From Parcubacteria group bacterium GW2011_GWC1_36_108 (lineage in GTDB: Bacteria; Patescibacteriota; Minisyncoccia; Moranbacterales; GWC2-37-73), in contig LBRD01000007.1 of assembly GCA_000991245.1 (NCBI GenBank), positions 37,539 to 101,538 of the forward strand: DNA of 64,000 nucleotides, read 5' to 3'. Both the position numbers and the translations under genes were made by a program. The notes under the pieces are model-generated. The model was given only the letters and a program-made list of their open reading frames with translations. It was not told the DNA's origin and made no database searches. How positions within the stretch are numbered: position 1 is the first letter of the stretch; every line of letters begins with the position of its first letter. This document shows positions 60,085 through 64,000 of this stretch, in pieces.

Positions 60085-61233
60085 ATGATACCATTTAATA
60101 TTCCTCCATTTACTGGCAAAGAAGAAAAATATCTAAAAGAAGTTATCGCAAAAAGAAAATTATCTGGCGATGGTGAATTTACAAAAAAATGTAATCAGTG
60201 GTTCGAAGATAATTTTAAGTGTAAAAAGGCTCTTCTGACTACCTCATGTTCTCATGCTCTTGATATGGCTGCTATTTTGATAGATATAAAGGAGGGGGAT
60301 GAAGTTATTATGCCATCTTATACTTTTGTTTCAACTGCCAATGCTTTTGCCTTGAGAGGAGCAAAGATTGTATTTGTTGATATTCGTCCTGATACGATGA
60401 ATATAGACGAGAGTCTTATTGAAAAAGCTATTACGAATAAGACCAAGGTTATTGTGGTTGTTCATTATGCTGGAATTTCATGTGAAATGGACACCATTAT
60501 GGAAATTGCTAGAAAGCATAATTTGCTGGTAATTGAGGATGCGGCACAAGGGGTAATGTCGAAATATAAAGGAAAATTTTTAGGAACAATTGGAGATATT
60601 GGATGCTACAGTTTTCATGAAACAAAAAACTATTCGTCAGGAGAAGGTGGTGCTATTGTTTTAAATAATGAAAAATTTGTAGAAAGAGCTGAGATTATTA
60701 GAGAAAAGGGAACAAATAGATCAAAATTTTTGAGAGGGCAAGTTGATAAGTATACATGGGTTGATATCGGTTCTTCATATTTGCCAAGTGAATTAAATGC
60801 TGCGTATTTATTTGCTCAGCTTGAGGTTGCTGAAAATATAAACACAAAAAGACTAACGTTGTGGAATTTATATTTCAAATTATTAAAGAAATTAAGTGAA
60901 GAAGGTTTATTGGAATTGCCAACCATTCCTGATGATTGCGAACATAATGCACATATGTTTTACATAAAAACGAAGAATTTAGCGGAACGAACCGAGTTGA
61001 TAGATTATCTTAAAAGCAAGGATATTTTAAGTGTATTTCATTATGTTCCATTGCATTCTTCATCTGCAGGTATTAAATACGGTGTTTTTTCTGGCGAGGA
61101 TAAATATACAACGCAAGATAGTGATAGATTGATAAGATTGCCTATGTACTATGAGTTATCAGCGGATGAAGTTGAAAAAATTGTTTCTGATATATTCTTA
61201 TTTTATGAATTGAAAAATAATAAAAAATTATAA
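60085..61233 (+). CDS. DegT/DnrJ/EryC1-family PLP-dependent sugar aminotransferase
   Basis: 'SFHETKNYSSGEGGAIV' PLP lysine motif. Confidence 0.9.
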   Translation: MIPFNIPPFTGKEEKYLKEVIAKRKLSGDGEFTKKCNQWFEDNFKCKKALLTTSCSHALDMAAILIDIKEGDEVIMPSYTFVSTANAFALRGAKIVFVDIRPDTMNIDESLIEKAITNKTKVIVVVHYAGISCEMDTIMEIARKHNLLVIEDAAQGVMSKYKGKFLGTIGDIGCYSFHETKNYSSGEGGAIVLNNEKFVERAEIIREKGTNRSKFLRGQVDKYTWVDIGSSYLPSELNAAYLFAQLEVAENINTKRLTLWNLYFKLLKKLSEEGLLELPTIPDDCEHNAHMFYIKTKNLAERTELIDYLKSKDILSVFHYVPLHSSSAGIKYGVFSGEDKYTTQDSDRLIRLPMYYELSADEVEKIVSDIFLFYELKNNKKL

Positions 61234-61237
61234 CAAA

Positions 61238-62671
61238 ATGATAAAAAATAATATTATAAGGCTGTTAGATAATAAGATATCCTTGTTTGTTTTTGCTTTT
61301 TTGTTAATGGCGAGTTATTTATTCCCTGCTAAGGATTTAATTACGGGTAGTATGGATGCCTCTGAAACTTGGAAAGTAGTGACAACATTTTTTAGTCACG
61401 ATCCCTATAGTTCGTATGTGATGTATAAGGGTTTTTTAGCCTTTATCCCAAACATTGCTTTGTATGAGTTAGCTATTTTTTTTGATGTGGACCTATTCTT
61501 TTTTGTAAAAATTTTTAATTGTATTAGTTTTGCATATATAACAACTATTGGAATCCCATATTTCTTTGCATATATTTTTGGCAATAAAATTAAATACTAT
61601 AAAATTTATATTTTAACTCTAATATTGTACTTTGGCATAAGGCCCAACTTCTCTTTTATAAGCGTTGATTTTCCAAGTATTGTTTTGATGATGCTTACTA
61701 TGAATAGCGCTATAAAAATCAAAATTAGTGAAAAAAAATTGCCCATTTTTTATTATATTTACGCTGGTATTATTTTTTCGATGGGCTTATTGCTTAGCGG
61801 ACAGTATATCCCTGCAGTTATCTTTACACTAGCGTTCCTATTTTTTTCAGAAGTTATTCCTGTTATTAGACAAAAAAAAATTAATTTTAGATCGTTTGTT
61901 ATTTTAGCTTGCTTTATTTTAGGCTTTTTTGTTATAAATGTTTCAAATAATTATTTTATTGAAACTAGGGTGCAGCCAGTTAGGGAGGCAGGAGAATGGC
62001 TTCCAACTGCAAATGATTGGTTTAAATTTGCTTTGACAAATAATATGTTATTTTCTAAACTTAGTTCAGTGATGATACCTGATAATAGGGGTAAGGCTAT
62101 ACTTATAAGTGAAAATGCTGATATGCAGGCAATTAGTGGTGGTGGTGGTGCTTATAATTATGATGATTATGCAATGCTGGTATTAAAATATCCCATAGAT
62201 TTTATAGTGAGGTGGGCGAATAGATTATTTCTTGGAATAAGTATTGATAGTGATAAATTAAAATTTATCTATTTGTTTATCTCGTATACCTTGTTATTTT
62301 TATCATTGCTTACAATAAAAAAGAAATGTGAAAAATTAAAAGATTTTTTAGATTTGCGTATATTTTTAATATTAGCAATGGCTACACCGTCTCTGATACC
62401 GTGTTTCATACATGTCGAAATGAGATATTTCATGTCAATTCAGATTCTTATTGCAGGCATAGCTTTATTGTCGGATACTTTATGGAAATCATTACTAAAC
62501 TTTAAAGATTTTGTAAGTCTAATAATTGTTAGTAGGGGGAAAATAATAAGTAAAATGCGCATTAATTATTTATTCATCAGTTACATTATTTTTGTAACAT
62601 TGTGCTTTATGTTGCTTGCAACCCAATATGAGCTTTTGGGTCCAATTCCAAATATCCTTTTTAAATTCTAA
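61238..62671 (+). CDS. polytopic integral membrane protein (477 aa), candidate GT-C glycosyltransferase/polymerase
   Basis: >10 TM segments, in operon with GtrB-like and flippase-like genes. Confidence 0.4.
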   Translation: MIKNNIIRLLDNKISLFVFAFLLMASYLFPAKDLITGSMDASETWKVVTTFFSHDPYSSYVMYKGFLAFIPNIALYELAIFFDVDLFFFVKIFNCISFAYITTIGIPYFFAYIFGNKIKYYKIYILTLILYFGIRPNFSFISVDFPSIVLMMLTMNSAIKIKISEKKLPIFYYIYAGIIFSMGLLLSGQYIPAVIFTLAFLFFSEVIPVIRQKKINFRSFVILACFILGFFVINVSNNYFIETRVQPVREAGEWLPTANDWFKFALTNNMLFSKLSSVMIPDNRGKAILISENADMQAISGGGGAYNYDDYAMLVLKYPIDFIVRWANRLFLGISIDSDKLKFIYLFISYTLLFLSLLTIKKKCEKLKDFLDLRIFLILAMATPSLIPCFIHVEMRYFMSIQILIAGIALLSDTLWKSLLNFKDFVSLIIVSRGKIISKMRINYLFISYIIFVTLCFMLLATQYELLGPIPNILFKF

Positions 62672-62681
62672 TTAAATCAAG

Positions 62682-63104
62682 ATGAAATATTCGCAAAAAA
62701 TAGAAACACTAAAATTATCAGTCAATGGAGATGAGACCGGGCAGTTAATTGCGCTAGAGTCTAATAAGGCAGTTGTTCCATTTGACATTAAAAGGGTTTA
62801 TTATATATATGATACAACACCAGGAACAGTGCGAGGTCACCATGCTCATAAAAAATTGAAACAGCTCCTAGTGGCAACTAGTGGCTCTTGTACTATTGTG
62901 TGTGATGATGGGAAGGAAAAAAGGGAATTCATTCTTGATTGGCCAAATAAGGCACTTTACGTTGAGGGCATGATATGGCGTGATATGAAAAATTTTTCTA
63001 AAGGAGCTGTTTTGATGGTTTTGGCAAGTGAATATTATGATGAAAATGATTATATTAGGGATTATAATGTATTTTTGAAAGAATTAAAAAATATTAAAAA
63101 GTAG
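62682..63104 (+). CDS. cupin-fold dTDP-sugar 3,4-ketoisomerase (FdtA/WxcM-C-like)
   Basis: 'RVYYIYDTTPGTVRGHHAHKKLKQLLVATSGSCTIV' with paired His. Confidence 0.65.
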   Translation: MKYSQKIETLKLSVNGDETGQLIALESNKAVVPFDIKRVYYIYDTTPGTVRGHHAHKKLKQLLVATSGSCTIVCDDGKEKREFILDWPNKALYVEGMIWRDMKNFSKGAVLMVLASEYYDENDYIRDYNVFLKELKNIKK

Positions 63105-63114
63105 TTGATTTTTT

Positions 63115-64000
63115 ATGGCAAATATAGTAATTATTCATTATGGTGGAGTTAAGGTTGAAGGGAAGTATAAAACCTTTGTTTTTTATGAAGGTTTAATTGA
63201 GTCTTTGCGAAAAAATGGTAATAATGTGATGGAAATAATTACTAATGATTTTTTAGTGCAACCATGGGGTGGAACAAATAAACTTAAATTAAAGATAAAT
63301 AGAAACAAGCTTATTAATGACGTGGTTGTTTTTAATCCAGATTTAGTAATTTCTTTTAATAATTCTTCTATTGATGGGTTAGAAAAAATTCTTAAGTGCC
63401 CAATAGCTATTTGGAGTGCGGATCACTTTTATCATTTTAATGACCTAGAAAAACTGAAAACTAATAAAGATAGGTTTATATTTTTTTGTGCTCAGTCTGG
63501 CGATGTGGCTGATTGTCAAAGAATAGTAGGGGCTAGCCCTGATAAATGTTTTCGTGTTAAGCCAGCAACATCGGTGCAATCTGATTTTATTCATGAAAAA
63601 GTGAACAACATTATTTTTATAGGTAGTCCATTTGGAAGTCATGGAGAAAAGGAAAATTTGCACAAACATAAAAAAGAATTTGTTGAGCTTGGAAAAAAAC
63701 TTATAAAAAAGGATGGAAATGTGGAGGATCTTGTTAGACAATATGAGGAAATTAGTGATATACAACAAACTATTTTGGATTTTGGTTCGGCAGCTAATCG
63801 TACTAGTGTTTTAAGCCATATTGCTTCGTTGGGGTTAAATATTCATGGAGGAGATGGATGGTTAGACATTGGATTAGATTCTTCATTGGATATTTTTAAT
63901 TCCTATAATCCGAAACAAATATATTCAGTCTCCCAAACACAAGATGCCTACAATAGTTCAAAAATAGGCATTAATATAAATCATTCTCAGGCAAAAACAG
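63115..64000 (+). CDS. hypothetical protein, 3' end beyond window (possibly glycosyltransferase-associated, CgeB-like)
   Basis: open reading frame from ATG 63115 to window end. Confidence 0.4.
   Translation, partial: MANIVIIHYGGVKVEGKYKTFVFYEGLIESLRKNGNNVMEIITNDFLVQPWGGTNKLKLKINRNKLINDVVVFNPDLVISFNNSSIDGLEKILKCPIAIWSADHFYHFNDLEKLKTNKDRFIFFCAQSGDVADCQRIVGASPDKCFRVKPATSVQSDFIHEKVNNIIFIGSPFGSHGEKENLHKHKKEFVELGKKLIKKDGNVEDLVRQYEEISDIQQTILDFGSAANRTSVLSHIASLGLNIHGGDGWLDIGLDSSLDIFNSYNPKQIYSVSQTQDAYNSSKIGININHSQAKT

Overview
AT-rich, gene-dense bacterial chromosome segment with short intergenic spacers and many small membrane proteins. The gene content suggests a small-genome anaerobic fermenter, possibly CPR/Patescibacteria-like. 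TGA is used as a stop codon and prfB carries the canonical +1 frameshift, so the code is standard. Map: (1) 1-12.6 kb: cell-envelope and housekeeping genes (PBP, RNase P RNA, WbaP-type sugar transferase, KH protein, folC on the minus strand, a CHC2-zinc-finger/histidine-phosphatase fusion, trmD, ftsW-murG-murC, rnhA). (2) 12.7-18 kb: MacAB-like HlyD/ABC efflux operon. (3) 18-23.4 kb: DsbA-like protein, a candidate small RNA, an Mqo-like oxidoreductase, an aminotransferase. (4) 23.4-26.6 kb: porCDAB pyruvate:ferredoxin oxidoreductase operon. (5) 26.8-32.9 kb: tRNA-Thr, rubrerythrin, ZIP transporter, prfB, ftsEX, tRNA-Gln, pseudouridine synthase. (6) 32.9-47.4 kb: a surface-polysaccharide locus (GT4s, GT-C-like membrane protein, DUF4012, epimerase, four-helix-bundle protein, Wzm). 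(7) 47.4-55.8 kb: an apparent insertion between wzm and wzt. It carries a giant secreted lipase, a PaaX-like regulator flanked by GC-rich 41-bp palindromic repeats, a GC-richer orphan ORF, a HepT/MNT toxin-antitoxin pair, a wzt gene fragment and a DUF3800 protein. (8) 55.8-64 kb: wzt plus a GtrB/ArnC-like module (GT2 + 4-TM flippase candidate) with amino-sugar tailoring enzymes. Several families of short intergenic repeats occur, including a MITE-like element inserted in-frame into folC. No CRISPR array, rRNA or recognisable transposase/integrase was found. All calls come from reading the sequence and translations by eye; no searches were run.
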